A stretch of 64,000 bases of DNA from Camelus ferus (lineage: Eukaryota). A model generated the notes under the pieces. The model ran no database searches, had not been told where the DNA came from, and saw only the letters and a program-made list of their open reading frames with translations. A program made the translations under genes and the position numbers. The stretch is from the NCBI RefSeq assembly GCF_009834535.1, contig NC_045697.1:82152001-82216000 (forward strand), written 5' to 3'. Below are positions 1-12,697 of the stretch, in pieces. Numbering within the stretch: the stretch's first letter is position 1; each line of letters starts with the position of its first letter.

Positions 1-620
1 AATCTTCTGATTAAATCTCAGTCTTTTAAGACTGAGAGCCAGTTGTTACCTTCACTTCCTCTGGTGAGATTGGAAGCCTAATTTAGGGGAAATGGAGTTC
101 AGGAAAAGTGGGATACCGCTCTGATAAAGACTTCTCCTGCAGAGTGAGATTTCCTAATTAAGAAAAAAGAAATGCAACTGGTGTATTTCAAAATGATTAC
201 TGTTTCTCCCCCTGTCCAGAGGCAGGAAGAGATCTTTTTTGACTCTTCACTGTGGGAACCCAGTGGGGCTCTTGGAGGTAACCTTATGAAATTATGGGAT
301 TACCCCCTCATACAGTGGCACCCTGGACTTTCTTTCTTGCACACTAGTTTACATTCAGGCTCCTACAATTCAGGGAAATAATCACCTTTGTGTTCCCACC
401 AGTTTATGGTGTCATTGCTTCTGTTCTAGGTAAACAGATCCCAGTTATAAATGGGTTTTCCTGACTCTCCAGATTTCAGGGTGGTCCTTTATCTTGTGAC
501 CTCTGTTCCTGATGATTCTAAGAAAAATTGTTGACTTTTAGTTTGTTTGGCCTATTTCTTTTAAGGACAGGGTGATGATCTCCAAGCTCTGTACCTATCA
601 CTGCTGACACTGAAGCCTCT
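1..620 (-). mobile_element. Ancient LINE-1 (L1M-type) 5' region fragment
   Basis: 'ggtgatgatctccaagctctgtacctatcactgctgacactgaag' (~571-615) resembles the reverse complement of old L1M 5' termini; heavily diverged. Confidence 0.45.
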
Positions 621-745
621 CTTCTTTATGTCTTCAGTTTTTCCTTTTTCCTTTTTCCTGAGGCATTTTCATTAGCATACAAATATGCTGTCAATTCTAC
701 CTTTTAACACAGCAATCTTCTGACCCGTGTTGTTCTCCCCTTTCA

Positions 746-910
746 CATTAGTTTCCTTGGGTTAACTTAAAAACTTACAAGACTGAGTGGCTTGAAACAA
801 TAGACACATATTTCTCACAGTTTTGGGGATGAATTGAAAATCCTGGTGTGAGCAGGGGTCATTATGCCCCGAGAGTGCTAGAGAAGGATCTGTTCCATGC
901 CTTACTCCTA
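746..910 (-). mobile_element. MaLR LTR fragment (MLT1 family)
   Basis: 'gactgagtggcttgaaacaatagacacatatttctcacagttttgggg...gctagagaaggatctgttccatgcct' matches the antisense 3' part of MLT1 LTRs. Confidence 0.75.
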
Positions 911-1536
911 GGCAGTGGAAATTTAAAATGGTACAACCCCTTTTAAAAGCAATTGGATAGTTTCTTAAACATGAAGACACAAATTTACCAGATGGCTAAG
1001 CCATTCCATTCCTAGGTATCTACTTGAGAAAAATAAAAGCAGACATCCACACAAACACTCATAAATGAATGTTTATAGTAACATTATTCATAATAGTCAA
1101 AAAATGGGAAAATTGCAGATGTTTATCAAATAGTGACTAGATAAACAAAATGTGGTTTACCTATACTGTGGAATACTATTTTGCATTAAAAAAGAATAAA
1201 ATAATTTTGCATGCTCTAACATTGATTGCCCTCAGAAACATCCAAAGTGAAAGAAGTCAAATTAAAAAGACTGCATTTTGTACAATTCCTTCATATAAAA
1301 TTTCCAGAGAAAGAAACCCTGCAGAGACATATTACATTTGCCTTGGGCAGGGGGTAAGAAAATGAGATAGCTGCATAGAAGCCCAAATTTTCTTTTTTGA
1401 GGTCACAGAAATGTTCTAAATATGTATTGTTTTGGTTTGCAACAAACTATAACTTTAATAAAAGTTATTGAATTTCACACTTGAAGAAGGTTAAATTTTA
1501 TTATAAATTTTTTGCCGATAAAGTGGTGTAAATAAA
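911..1536 (+). mobile_element. LINE-1 3' end (L1MB/L1MC-like)
   Basis: ORF2-tail motifs 'aaaatggtacaacc', 'ccattccattcctaggtatctac', 'ataaacaaaatgtggt', 'ggaatactatt', followed by an L1M-type 3' UTR. Confidence 0.85.
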
Positions 1537-1589
1537 AGCAGCATCTCTCTTCCCCACCTTTAGACTAATAGATACACATTATTCTTCTC

Positions 1590-1778
1590 ATTTTGATTAT
1601 ATTTTTATAGCATCTGTTGCCTTCTAAAATATTGCGTAATTTTTCATTTATTAGATTGTTTGTTCCTCAGAATGTACAGGGCAAAGATCTTTATACGTTT
1701 TGATGTTTTGACCTATATTCTAATTCAGGAAGAGTATTAGTGCATTAATCAATATTTTTAATGAATTAATAAATGCAT
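1590..1778 (+). mobile_element. LINE-2 3' end fragment
   Basis: ends in the L2 tail 'tcaatatttttaatgaattaataaatg'. Confidence 0.5.
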
Positions 1779-2125
1779 TATACTTAAAATTAATATAGGC
1801 CACTTCTCAATTATACTATGATACATTCAACAATTTAAATTTAAGGTGATGCAATAGAAATAAATAGAATATATTCTAATATTTTTAATTGTCACAAAGG
1901 CAAACTATGTGCAAGCTTTTAAAAGTTTCTGCAATATTCCATGAAAATTATTTGATCTAATTTTTTTTTCTGCTTACTCTTTCAATTACTTTTATGTTTT
2001 ATTCATTCAGGTATGCAATGTAAATTTATACTCATATAATTTAAGTATTTGCTTTGTGTGAATCTTCCTAATTTAAGTAATTAGATTATGTTACCCTTAA
2101 GGATATGAAAAGTTTTCTATATTTC

Positions 2126-2230
2126 TGTGTAAGTAATGATCAGATGAATTAAATAGACTGCCAAATGTTTCTCCAGCAAAGATAGGTTTATTCAGGATCA
2201 GCAGAGAATTGCAGTTCAGGGTCTGCAATT
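2126..2230 (-). mobile_element. ERV1 3' LTR remnant (R/U5 end only)
   Basis: minus-strand AATAAA (tttatt 2187-2192); minus strand ends in ...ACA at ~2126; 'ctccagcaaagataggtttattcaggatcagcagagaattgcagttcaggggtctgcaa' resembles cetartiodactyl ERV1 LTRs; abuts pol directly. Confidence 0.6.
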
Positions 2231-2339
2231 ATTTGGCTTCTCTAGCCAGTTTACTGGGTTTTTGTTTTTTGTTTTTTGTTTTTTTCCAATTATCACTTGG
2301 GGAAATATCTCTTTGTACCATGACAGAGGTTTGGCTACA

Positions 2340-4200
2340 GTTGGTTCCTGTAAGGATAGCGTTTCTCCTGGAAATATCAGCAAGATGATTTCTTCGGCTT
2401 CCAGAGAGTCAAACTTATATGCCCTAGAATCCTAACAATAGCTAAGGTGGCAAGTAGAAGTACTGCATCTAATAACTCGAACTTAGGGGCCATTTAAAAT
2501 TGTATTTCCACTGGAAGTAAGGAAGACATGTTGCTTTCACAACATTCCAAAATCATGAGCTACTCCAAAAGTATATCTACTATCAAAATCAATATTAGCA
2601 GTTTTGTCCTTGGCTAAAGTACAAACCTGTATAAGAGCATATAATTCAGCTTGTTGGGCCAAAGTAGCCATAGATAAAGATACTGCCTCAACAACATCGA
2701 AAGGGGTTGCCAGTAGCATACTAAGCACAATATTTGCCTTTGTCACCTTGTAAATGAGAACCATCAGCAAACCATGAGAATCAGTGTTACCAAATGAATT
2801 TCCATCACACGAAGTCAGGAAGTGATCCATCAGTTTTAAGCAGCTGTGAAGGATTTCACCAGTGACAGAAGGCAAGGAGTAGTGGTTTTATAAAGGTTAC
2901 TACAGCATGAAATAGTAATGTGAGAAGCAGTTAACAAAAGGTCATTATAGTAGATCAGTTGGCTAACTGACAGATGTTGAGAATAATGAGAATTCAGAAG
3001 AACTTCTAATGCATGAGATACAAAAATGGTTAAAAAGGCTCTCACAGTGATTTTCTTGATGGTCTTAACCCCAAAGGGCAGTGGCCGTAAAAGCCTTAAT
3101 GCAAGGGGAATATTTCCATGCCACAGGGTCCACTTGCTGGCTAAAATATCTTATGGGTCAATGGTGGTCCTAGTGTTTTCAGGTAAGTACCCCAGAGTAT
3201 TCCTTTCCCTTTCATATATGAAAAGAAAAGAAAGAAAGAAAGAAACTGGTAATTGGGATGTCCACGGCAGATGGATTCATCAAACTCTCCTTTAAGGCCT
3301 TGAAGTCTGTGTCATCTGGTTCTTCCCATAAAGTGGGTTGGGATTATTATAGTTTAGTAAAACATAGAGAGGTTTGGCCATAAGAGAGAAATTTGGAATC
3401 CAATTTTGACACTAACCGACCAGCCCAAGAAAGCCTCACAGATGGTACTTAGTTTGGAGTTTGGGGAAACTTAAGACACCAAAAAGTCTATCTGAATGTA
3501 GGTGTAGCCCTTGTTCTGATGCCAGTTGCCCCAAACATCAAACCTGGGTTAGAACAAGTGGCAGTTTTTCCTTGCTGAACTTATAACCCTTGAAGACTAG
3601 AAGCTTTAGCAAGTGGATACTGTCTTCCTTTGAGGAGGCTTGAGAAGGAGAACAAAGCAGCAAATCAATCATATACTGCAGAGTAGGACCTCTAGGGAAC
3701 TTTGCATCATTCAGATGAGCCTTCAGGATTTGTGAGAAACAAGGAGGACTCTCAGTAAAACTCTGAGGCATTACTGTCTAGGTGAATTGTTCTTCCCAAT
3801 GACTGCAAAGTTATTCGATAACTTTGTCAACTGGAGTACTAAAGAATGCACTACATAAATCAATTACAGTAGAGAATTTGCTTCTGATAGGAATGGATGT
3901 TAGTAATTTATGAAGATTAGAAACAACAGTCTGTGGAGGAATGACAATGTTGTTTATTGCTCAGAGGTCCTGGAAAAACCTCTACCATCAACCATTAGAT
4001 TTTCTCACAGGTAAAATAGGAGTTTTACAGGGGCTAGGACAAATGATTCTGAGGCCTTGAGCCTTAAAATCTTCTATTATGGGCTTTATGCCTTGAAGGG
4101 CTTCTTTACTTATAGGATATTGATTAATTCTGGGAAAAATTTTGAAGGGTCTGTTTGAATCTTGATGGCAGGTGTTCTGTGATTTTTGCCAACATTAATC
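2340..4200 (-). pseudogene. pol: ERV pol (RT + RNase H) pseudogene
   Basis: 'QYPISKEALQGIKPII', 'TPILPV', 'QDL*AIN', 'VIDLCSAFFS', 'MPQSFTESP', 'LQYMIDLLLCS' (YxDD at 3664-3675 reads YMID); RNase H 'AQQAELYAL...DSRYTFGVAHDFGML'. Confidence 0.95.
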
Positions 4201-4299
4201 AGATTTTCCCCATAAGGAATATGGTAGCTGATTTAATAGGGACAAATGATCAGTATTTCCAGAATCAGCTCTAGTACTGTCATAGATGGAAGAAATAAA

Positions 4300-4720
4300 A
4301 AGATGTCAAAGGGTCATTTAATTCCCTTGATTGATTACTTTAATGACAACTGTCAAATTCTAGAAATATTTTCCCCTTTGGGAAAGAAATTCCAGCATGA
4401 CACTTCTCTATGAGGTCTTGACCTAATAAATGGGTAAAGAAAGGCAAAGGACTTAAGGAGAGTGGATATCTCTCAAAGAGCCTAAACAAAAGGGAATAGG
4501 TTCAGAGACAGGTTTGTTAGAGTGCCTCACTGTTTGAATGATCTTAGTACTCTGAGCCAGGGGCACTTTTTTTGTATTTAATAATGGGGTTGAGAACCAA
4601 CAATGTGAATCTGCTATTAATTAGAACTAGGAGGAGTTTATCCCCAGTTTGGAAAAGTGTTTCTCCAAGCTGATTAAGGAGGATTGGAAAGAGCCCCAAT
4701 GTAACCAGAGCCTTGTTGTT
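4300..4720 (-). pseudogene. pro: ERV aspartic protease pseudogene
   Basis: 'LLVLINSRFTLLVLNP' is a decayed 'VLIDTGATLSVLNP'; active site at ~4604-4618. Confidence 0.75.
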
Positions 4721-6133
4721 GAGAATTGAGAGGGCATTAAGAGGGTTAAATGTTCCTAAAGCGTTTAAATTTGTAATAATCATTTTTTTCTAATATACTG
4801 GCCTTTTGGAATAAAAGCTGAAACTAGGAGAATTTTGGTTTTGTTTATGAGTTGAAGATTAATAATTTTGGCAGTCTTCCTTGGAAGTCACTTACCTAGA
4901 GTATGGGAGAGTTGGTTTGCCAGATTAACTAAATCTGAAGTAGATAAGGTTTTCCATTCCATCCTGGTCGTTTTTACAAGAAGGGAGAGGAACAGGTTCA
5001 GTTCATTAATAACCATAGATTCAAAAGCTTCCCTGAGTGGAATCAACATTTGAAGGTAGACCATACTTTTATTTAAAAATAATCTGAAGTTAATTGTAAT
5101 AGATATGAAGAGATTCATCAGATGTTTGTGTGCAAGCCTGAATTTTGTTCCAATCAACAGGCTTTGGAAAAGCCCTAAGAATTGCTTGATGAAGTCACCT
5201 AGCAATGACTCGACCATACACTAAATTAGCGGGCTGGTCTCCTGGTTGTAATTACAGAGAACTTTCAGGATTCTCCCAATTAGTAGTTTTCATCCAGTGT
5301 TGGACCTGGTCTTCTCTGACAAGCACGTGAACTAGCTGATGTAAGTCAGACAAACTAGGTTGATAAGAATGAATAACTATATTAAATTCCTTAGCAAATC
5401 TGTAAGGATCTTCCATTACTCTGGGAGAATCTTTGGCTATGGCTCACAGTTCAGATTTAGTCCAGGAAATATAAAAACTTAATGGTTTAGCCTCTGGATC
5501 CTCAGAAGACTTAGTTTTAAAGTTCAGATCCTAACAATATCAGAGGAAAAGGGAGTGGAGAGAGTTTCAGAGAAAAGGGGAAGTTCAGCAAGATAATTGT
5601 TTGGGTAAAGTGAGGCTATCCAAGAGTTATAGGCAGTGTAGAAGGGAAGGAGGAAGATGGTGTCAGAGGTGGAGTCTGAGCAATTGGAGTCAGGAGAGAG
5701 AGACAAGATGGAGTCAGAGATAGAGCCTGAGACAAAGAAGCCAAGAAAGAAGAATCTGAGGCCTCAGGAGCCCTATCTTCAGTCATTTGTTTGCTTTAGT
5801 TAACCTTAAAATCTTATTTTGCGCAAAGGCAATTTTAGACTCCTGATAGCTTTGGAAAGCCCCAAGCTATTCAAACTACCAATCAAAATGGGCATTGCAC
5901 TCAGTTCTGGAAACTTTTAAGCTATTGTAACCCAATCTGGTTTTATGGAAATTAAATTTGGGGATTTCAAAAGTTCCCCATAATTGCCATTGATACCCTA
6001 AGTTGCCTTTGGTCAGATCAGTCCATATCATTGGAAGTGAACGTGAGGAAGGACCAAGGCTTTTAAGCATGAAATCTGCCAGAGTCCCTGTGGGATGGGT
6101 GCCCTCAGAATATTTAGATAACCAGTATCTCAT
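4720..6133 (-). pseudogene. gag: ERV gag pseudogene
   Basis: ATG at 6133; MA motif 'WQLWGTF'; CA motif 'SWTKSEL*AIAKD' (~5435-5470); degenerate CCHC knuckle 'SFYSKRPVY*KK' (~4785-4820; expected CxxCxxxxHWxxxC). Confidence 0.85.
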
Positions 6134-7929
6134 TTCTTAGAGGTTTTTTCCTAGAATAAAAGAACAATTTTCAAGCAGCTTAAACAGCTGACAGCACAAC
6201 TCTAAATCTTTGCTCTTTCCATTACACAATACTATTATTTCTAATGAATGAATTAAGATATGAGCATAAGTACATTATTAGGGCAGACAGGACTGCTATA
6301 TTTAAAATAATATCTTTGCATTCCCAGGAATGTTTCCCAGGAATTTAAGCCAATGCATACTTTGCAGAATTTATCTTTGATTTTTTTTTCTTGAATAAGC
6401 TCTCCTACTTAAAATGTACTGGGAACCACCATTATGATATTTTCTCAGAGAAAATTGTTTTGCTAATAAAAAGAAGTAATTTTAGTGTCAATAAGCAATA
6501 AGTGACATATTCAATCTTTATTTCATGGTACTTTTAATTTAGAAATGAAAAATTATTTTCCCAAAGGACTGCCTTTATATAAAATATGTTTTCATTAAAA
6601 AATACCTTTCTATTATTTATTGAGATATGAACATAGAAATAGTGATGTTAAACAATACATTTTATAGCTCTAACATTGTAGAGGGATCATGATTTCATAA
6701 GAAGAAAATCAGTTATGTAGGTAGCATTATTGTATAATTTCCCTCAGGATCTCTACATCAGAATAGTTTTATTATATCCTAAAATAAGTCACCTACATTC
6801 ACTTTAGATATAAAGTAATGCTGAATAAAACAATATCATACGGCAGCTCACAGTATGAGCAAAGACATCTGTTTATGTTACCATAAATAGTTATGAACTG
6901 AGATGCTCAAATGAGTTTGCCAGCAAAGCATTTCCTCCTAATTTATTTTTATAGCAAACGGAAATCTCATTTTTCATGGTTGGGTAGTTTGCATTCAAAT
7001 GTACAAATAATTTCAAATGCAATCACTTTTACACAGCATGTTTTATTGTGGAGCATAAGATGGAATTGCTAATGGTCTCTTGTTGGGGAGTCATCTCCAT
7101 CAAGAGTTTTCTTATTTTATTATATTTTTTAAATGTAATGTGTAAATTGGGATTTATTTCTTTAGAGCACAATTAAATGAATCTGAAATTAATAAGAATT
7201 TAGTACAATATCTAATGTATAAAGTTGAAAAAAATATATAAATGTTCATTCTAGGAATCTTGGAATTTTTCCAGTTCTTTCTAGGGTGCTGAAACTGAAC
7301 CTTTTTTTAAAGGATTTTTATTTTTTTTGACAAAGGATAAGAAATACTTCATCTATTAAGAGTACTTGGATGATTAAAATTTAACAGAAAGGAAATTGTC
7401 TATGAGTAAGATACTTGTGAAAATAACTGTTTCAGTAAAATATAATAAAATTATAAGCCAGGACAAATATTGTATTTCCAGACACATAATTTTAAGTTGT
7501 GAAATTTTAAATGTTTATTTCAGATAGTATAGATTGTAATTTTACATGAGTATTTCTATTTATCCTTATAGTCAAAAATAAAGTATTTTCAACTCTGAAC
7601 ATAATGATATTTACATTGAATGCTACTTATTGACATGAAAAATTATATTCTAAGTATTTGTGAACATTTGAAAAACAAATCATTGAGTTATTTTGTCTAA
7701 AATTGTAAATATTGTTTGTTATTCATTTAATTATAATTACAGATAGTTTTATTCCACTTCAAAATTGTCCTGTATAAAAATGAAAGTGGATTTATTAGGA
7801 TTGAATGTAACACACTTACCACTTCTACAATAGAAGCATAGCAAAGAAGCACAGAAATGAAATATTTATGCTTAAATATGCAAATACAGGAAAAAGTAAT
7901 ATAATGACTTCAGCAGGTCAAACATAAGA

Positions 7930-8100
7930 GTTACTGTTATTCCTATTATAAGGTATATAGCACTTACTTTCCCAGATCCAGTCCTAAGTGCTGTACATAT
8001 TTTACTGCACTTAATATCACAGCAAGTCTGTGAGAACATGACAATTTCCTTATATAACAGGTGAGAAAACTCAAGTTTGCAAGTAAAGTAATACCCATGT
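7930..8100 (-). mobile_element. MIR SINE fragment
   Basis: antisense MIR core 'gcacttact...ctaagtgct...acaggtgagaaaactcaag'. Confidence 0.7.
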
Positions 8101-8105
8101 CTCTC

Positions 8106-8612
8106 TGTCAGTTAGGGCTCAGTCAGGGAAGCAGAACTGCCAAGAGCATTATGGAATCAGGGTTATGTTATAGGAATCAGACTTTGATTAAGTGGGGGAC
8201 TGGTTAAAATATGTATAAAGAGTTGTAGCCTCTGAATCTGGTGATAGGCCTGAATTTTTGAATGTCAGCTGCTAGTCAGAAAGAAAAGCTGGGTATGAAA
8301 ACCTGGGAAGTGAGAGGAAACTGGAGCCCATTAGGACAAGCTAGAACATCTTGTGCAGTTTGTACATTTTGTATAGGAGGAGGCTGGGAGAGTGAAGGCC
8401 TGGCTGCTGCCCTCATCAGTAAAGTGTCAACAGGTAGTAATAATGTGCTAGAATACAGCAGCATTTGCCACTCTAAATTGACTTACGGAGCATAGAGTTT
8501 CTTCAGTCCTACCTTACAAATCTCATGCAAAATTGCCTTGTGGCTAATTTTAATATGGCAATTACAGAGGAAGGAATCTTGGGAAACATAGTTCCAGCAT
8601 AGTTAAGACAAC
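8106..8612. mobile_element. Ancient ERV LTR (LTR78/LTR79/LTR41-like)
   Basis: starts 'tgtcagttagggctcagtcagggaagcaga' and ends 'ggaatcttgggaaacatagttccagc', both typical of old eutherian LTRs; GC-richer than the flanks. Confidence 0.55.
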
Positions 8613-8615
8613 AAA

Positions 8616-8828
8616 CCAGAATTGGCAGGCACAAACTACTAAATATAGAACAGATAAACAACAAGGTCCTATTGTGTAGCACAAGGAACTATATTTGATG
8701 GCTTGTAGTAGCCTGTAATAAAAAGGAATATGAAAAATAATGTATGTATATATGTATAATTGGATCACTATGCTGCATACCAGAAACTAACACAACATTG
8801 TAAATCACCTATACTTCGATTTTAAAAA
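8616..8828 (+). mobile_element. Short 5'-truncated cetartiodactyl L1 3' end
   Basis: 'agataaacaacaaggtcctattgtgtagcacaaggaactatatt...ccagaaactaacacaacattgtaaatcacctatacttc' plus a short A tail. Confidence 0.9.
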
Positions 8829-11800
8829 TTGGAAAACAAAGACATCACACTAAGAACCCCACACTCTCTCCCCTACACTCTCTTTCTTCATTTTCACTTG
8901 AGTCTAAATATATATCTTGGCCTGTTTTCTTTTCTACCCATTGACTACAAAGTTGAGATGAATTTTTCCTTTCAGAGTCTATAGAATTGAATTCTATAGA
9001 AATTACTAAAATAAAATAGTTGTTTGGGATTTTGAAAAATGTAATTTTTGAATGGTGAATTTTAAAAGGACGACTTAGCAACAAAGGAATACAATAAAAT
9101 TAATTTTACTACCTAAATATATTTTATTTTTAATATGTATCAGAAATATTTAGAAAAATATTTAAGAAGCTAAATCTTTGAAATATATACTTAAAGAAAT
9201 GTATTTTTGGCCTGCTGACAGTTACTAAAAGAAAACTCTCTACTATTAAATATGCATAAAACAGATAAAGCAGAGTGTGAAAACTCTCCTATTATCACTA
9301 CCAAACTTGTATCATTGTTTATGACTTCCATGGATGGATATTGAAGTTAAATATACATATATGTTCAAATTGCATGTATTTTCTGTAAGTTAAAAAAAAA
9401 ACCTCTTAAAAACATGTTGCTCCCAGTCTTGATATGTTTTCCGTAAGTCATATTCTCAATCTTCAAAAGCAATAAAGATTTTGAAATAAACGGACTACAT
9501 CAGGAATATAATGGACACTTATTTTTGCATATATCTAGGAGGGATTCTCAACCTCTGGACACAGCATCTTTAAATTATGCCAGTAGATATATATGAATAT
9601 AATACTCCATGTGTTTTTTGTTTGTTTATTTTTGTGGCAAGTGCTCAAGCTCGATGTAATTCTCCTTTTTCGAACATCAGAAAGCTGGCTTTAACATGTA
9701 TATAGTTTGAGTGAAAAACATACATCTTTGGGATTCTAACCACAAATGGGCCATGATGAAGACAATATCTCCTAAATTATCATGCAATTCTCTGTATTAA
9801 AACAACATGATAATTCAATGTGGTAAATGATTAAACCGACATTTGTGTTTGTTTGAAAACTGTAGGTTATTGTCTCTCTTCTTGACTCTGATCAGAAACA
9901 CATAAGATAAAGTTTGTAAATGTCCGGAGATAAATATATGAGCACTAGCTTGTGTTAATAGATTCTGTGGTAAAAGTCATTATGTGGGTGGCCAAATGGG
10001 GAGAGCAAATGAGAAAGGAGACTGATGTAACATCTGCAGGCCCACGTTGGTCTCATTTACAGTTCCATTATGCAAAAGGGTATTCTGCTTGTCCTTATAT
10101 ATGCTGCTTTATAACTATGCATATATCAGATAGAAACTATAGTTTACACAATTTTCAGCAAATGAAATGGCACCAAAACTGAAGTCAATATATTTTATCT
10201 AATAAACTTTTGTGATTCTTTGTAGAATAAATACATAAATGAATTAGGTGGGCTAAATTAGATGATTAATGTTAATGTTGACTGGCAGTTTCATTTATCT
10301 CTTTATTTGGTCCATTTAAGTGAAGGCAATATAAATCAAAGATGTTTTCCTGAACAGAATACATGCCTGTAGGATGTCATCATTTCTAAAGATGTAAAAA
10401 AAAGACATTTCTTCTAATAAAAAGGATGTCTGAGAAATTTGTAAGATGTTCCAGAATTCTGTCAATTAGGTAGCTCAGTGATCTATGATAAAACTTCATA
10501 TAACATTTCTGTTTTTATTATTATCAATAGTTGTTGTAATATCATTATTAAAATAGATTTATTTCTCTTGGTCTAAAGAAAAATTGTTGCATTATTAAGG
10601 ACACTGAACAGACTAATGCTAATGATGACATATTGAAAAAGCACATAGACAAATTAGCCTAGATAATTCAATATTTAGGACACAGAATACATTGAACTTT
10701 TAACTGTTTTAGGTCATGTTAAGTGCTTGCCTTTTCTGTGGATTTATTATATCATGAATTTTAAGGAATTTGTTTGATAATGTTATTCATAAATAATAAC
10801 TTCATTAGTGCAATATGACCATTATACTTTTTGTTCATCTGCCCATACCTTTAAAGTGTAGTATAGAATTTATGAAATAAAATAATAGTATTATAAATGT
10901 TAAAAAAATTGTTTATTTTATGCACATAAATACTAAATAGTATGAATAACAAATAATGTCTATGTTGGTAACATTCTATGGAGATTTGTTATTCACATGA
11001 ATATGAAGTTAAATATAAATAATATATACTACTATTTTCATTTCAATTAAATATCTTAAAATACACTTTTACGTTATATTTTATCTATTAATATAACATA
11101 AATATGTTAAACACTTACGGAAAGTTTTTGAACAATTATTTAAAATTCAGCTTTAAATTTGTAGATTTGAAGTCTTATAATTGAATTGAATAAGGTATGA
11201 GAACAAACACAATCATCATGAGAAGTTATTTCTTCATGTTAAAAGTGGTTTTACTTGACAGGACACTTGAAACTCAGAACTGATTGCAGTTGATGATACC
11301 TTTCATTGGTTTAACTGCGTCCTCATCATTTTTTGATTTTGTTCCTTTTGTCTTCTGTCTCACATCCCATCCTAATAATTCTTACATTTGATACTCATAC
11401 CTGGTGAACATGTGAGCACTTGTAATGTCAAATTCTCACATTCTCTCTAGTAAAGATTGTTCAGTCAAATAGACACTTTTGGCACACAAGACAGTATCCT
11501 TAGTGGCTTCTGAATTGAGTTTGGGGACTAACATGAGGCTTTTTACTTTCTCCATCATGTTCTCATTTTGAGGAAGATCACATCAGATACCCAGCTAAAA
11601 ATTTAAAAACTTAATGATTTTGAGCTAGGTAGTAAATGATACCCTGATTATTCATATTTCCTTACATTTTGCCAAGATATAATTGTTTTTAAGTCACCAA
11701 GTATTTTTTGAGCTCCTATTAGATTTGTAGACTTGTCATATTTAAAAAGCCATGAACTCTACCATGAAAATCTGTAACTTTGGAAAACACACACAAACAT

Positions 11801-12568
11801 ATGCGCAAATGTTTAGGGACAAATAAAGTTAAAACAGCAAAATAAATAAAAACTTTATAGTAGTTAATTTATGTAGTAATTTCAAATAGCAGCCTTAAAG
11901 ATTTTGAGTATAATTGAAAATTTTTCAGCTTTGAATTTTCACTGATAACAATGTCCGTGTATTCATTTTAATACTGTTGCTTAAATGTAAGTTTAATTGA
12001 AAAGAAAAACTGTTTGCTTGAGTATTTTCCAACTTGTGGAAAGATAATAAGTATAAGCTTGTCATCTATGAAGAATCAGGACTTTTTTTCTAGCTACTTT
12101 TTGTGATAAACATCTATTTAAAATAATATTTTCATTTTGTTTAAATTTTGTTACAGTATTTAAGGTTCATTTGTCAATTATTTATTAGTAAACACTGCTT
12201 TTAACTTCCACCTTGTAGGGTCTGATGTTTTAAAATCTAAAACAGACCCAGCTTGAAATTGCATGTGCTAAGAATAAATGGATTTCATAAATGGTTATCA
12301 AAAGGAAAAGCACAGCATGAAATAGTCTTATTTTGACTTTAATATTTAGTCAGTGAGTTTTCAGAATTTCAATTGCCGCTTGCTAAATCAGAATAAAATT
12401 GATTCTCACTGATTAGCTCTACTTTTTATTATTATCCACTATTATTTATTATTATAGTAAATAGATAATATAAATGTGTTAATAATTGACCGTCAACTAG
12501 CAAACAGAGTAACATACTTGCAGTGAAGCCTCCAGAACAATTACAGAAATCTGTCAATGGCATCAACA

Positions 12569-12697
12569 GTTTGGGGGGTGTGGGGTGGGAGGCAATTAGG
12601 TTTATTTTTATTTTCTCATTTACCAGTACTGGGGATTGAACCAAGGACCTCATGGCATGCTAAGCACGCACTCTACCACTGAGTTATGCCCTTCCCT
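12569..12697 (-). mobile_element. tRNA-Ala-derived camelid SINE (Vic-1-like)
   Basis: minus strand has A box TAACTCAGTGG, tRNA-Ala-like 'GCTTAGCATG' and B box GGTTCAATCCC, then an A/C-rich tail; TSD catcaaca at 12561-12568 and 12698-12705. Confidence 0.9.

Larger units (their letters stand above)
2231..6200 (-). mobile_element. Class I endogenous retrovirus internal region (gag-pro-pol up to RNase H), decayed and truncated
   Basis: collinear gag MA/CA/NC, protease, RT and RNase H motifs on the minus strand, with many stops and frameshifts; no integrase, env or 5' LTR seen. Confidence 0.95.

Noticed and set aside
12620..12697. Possible tRNA-Ala gene
   Set aside because: The acceptor stem is not intact, and the SINE tail and TSD show it is a retroposed SINE.
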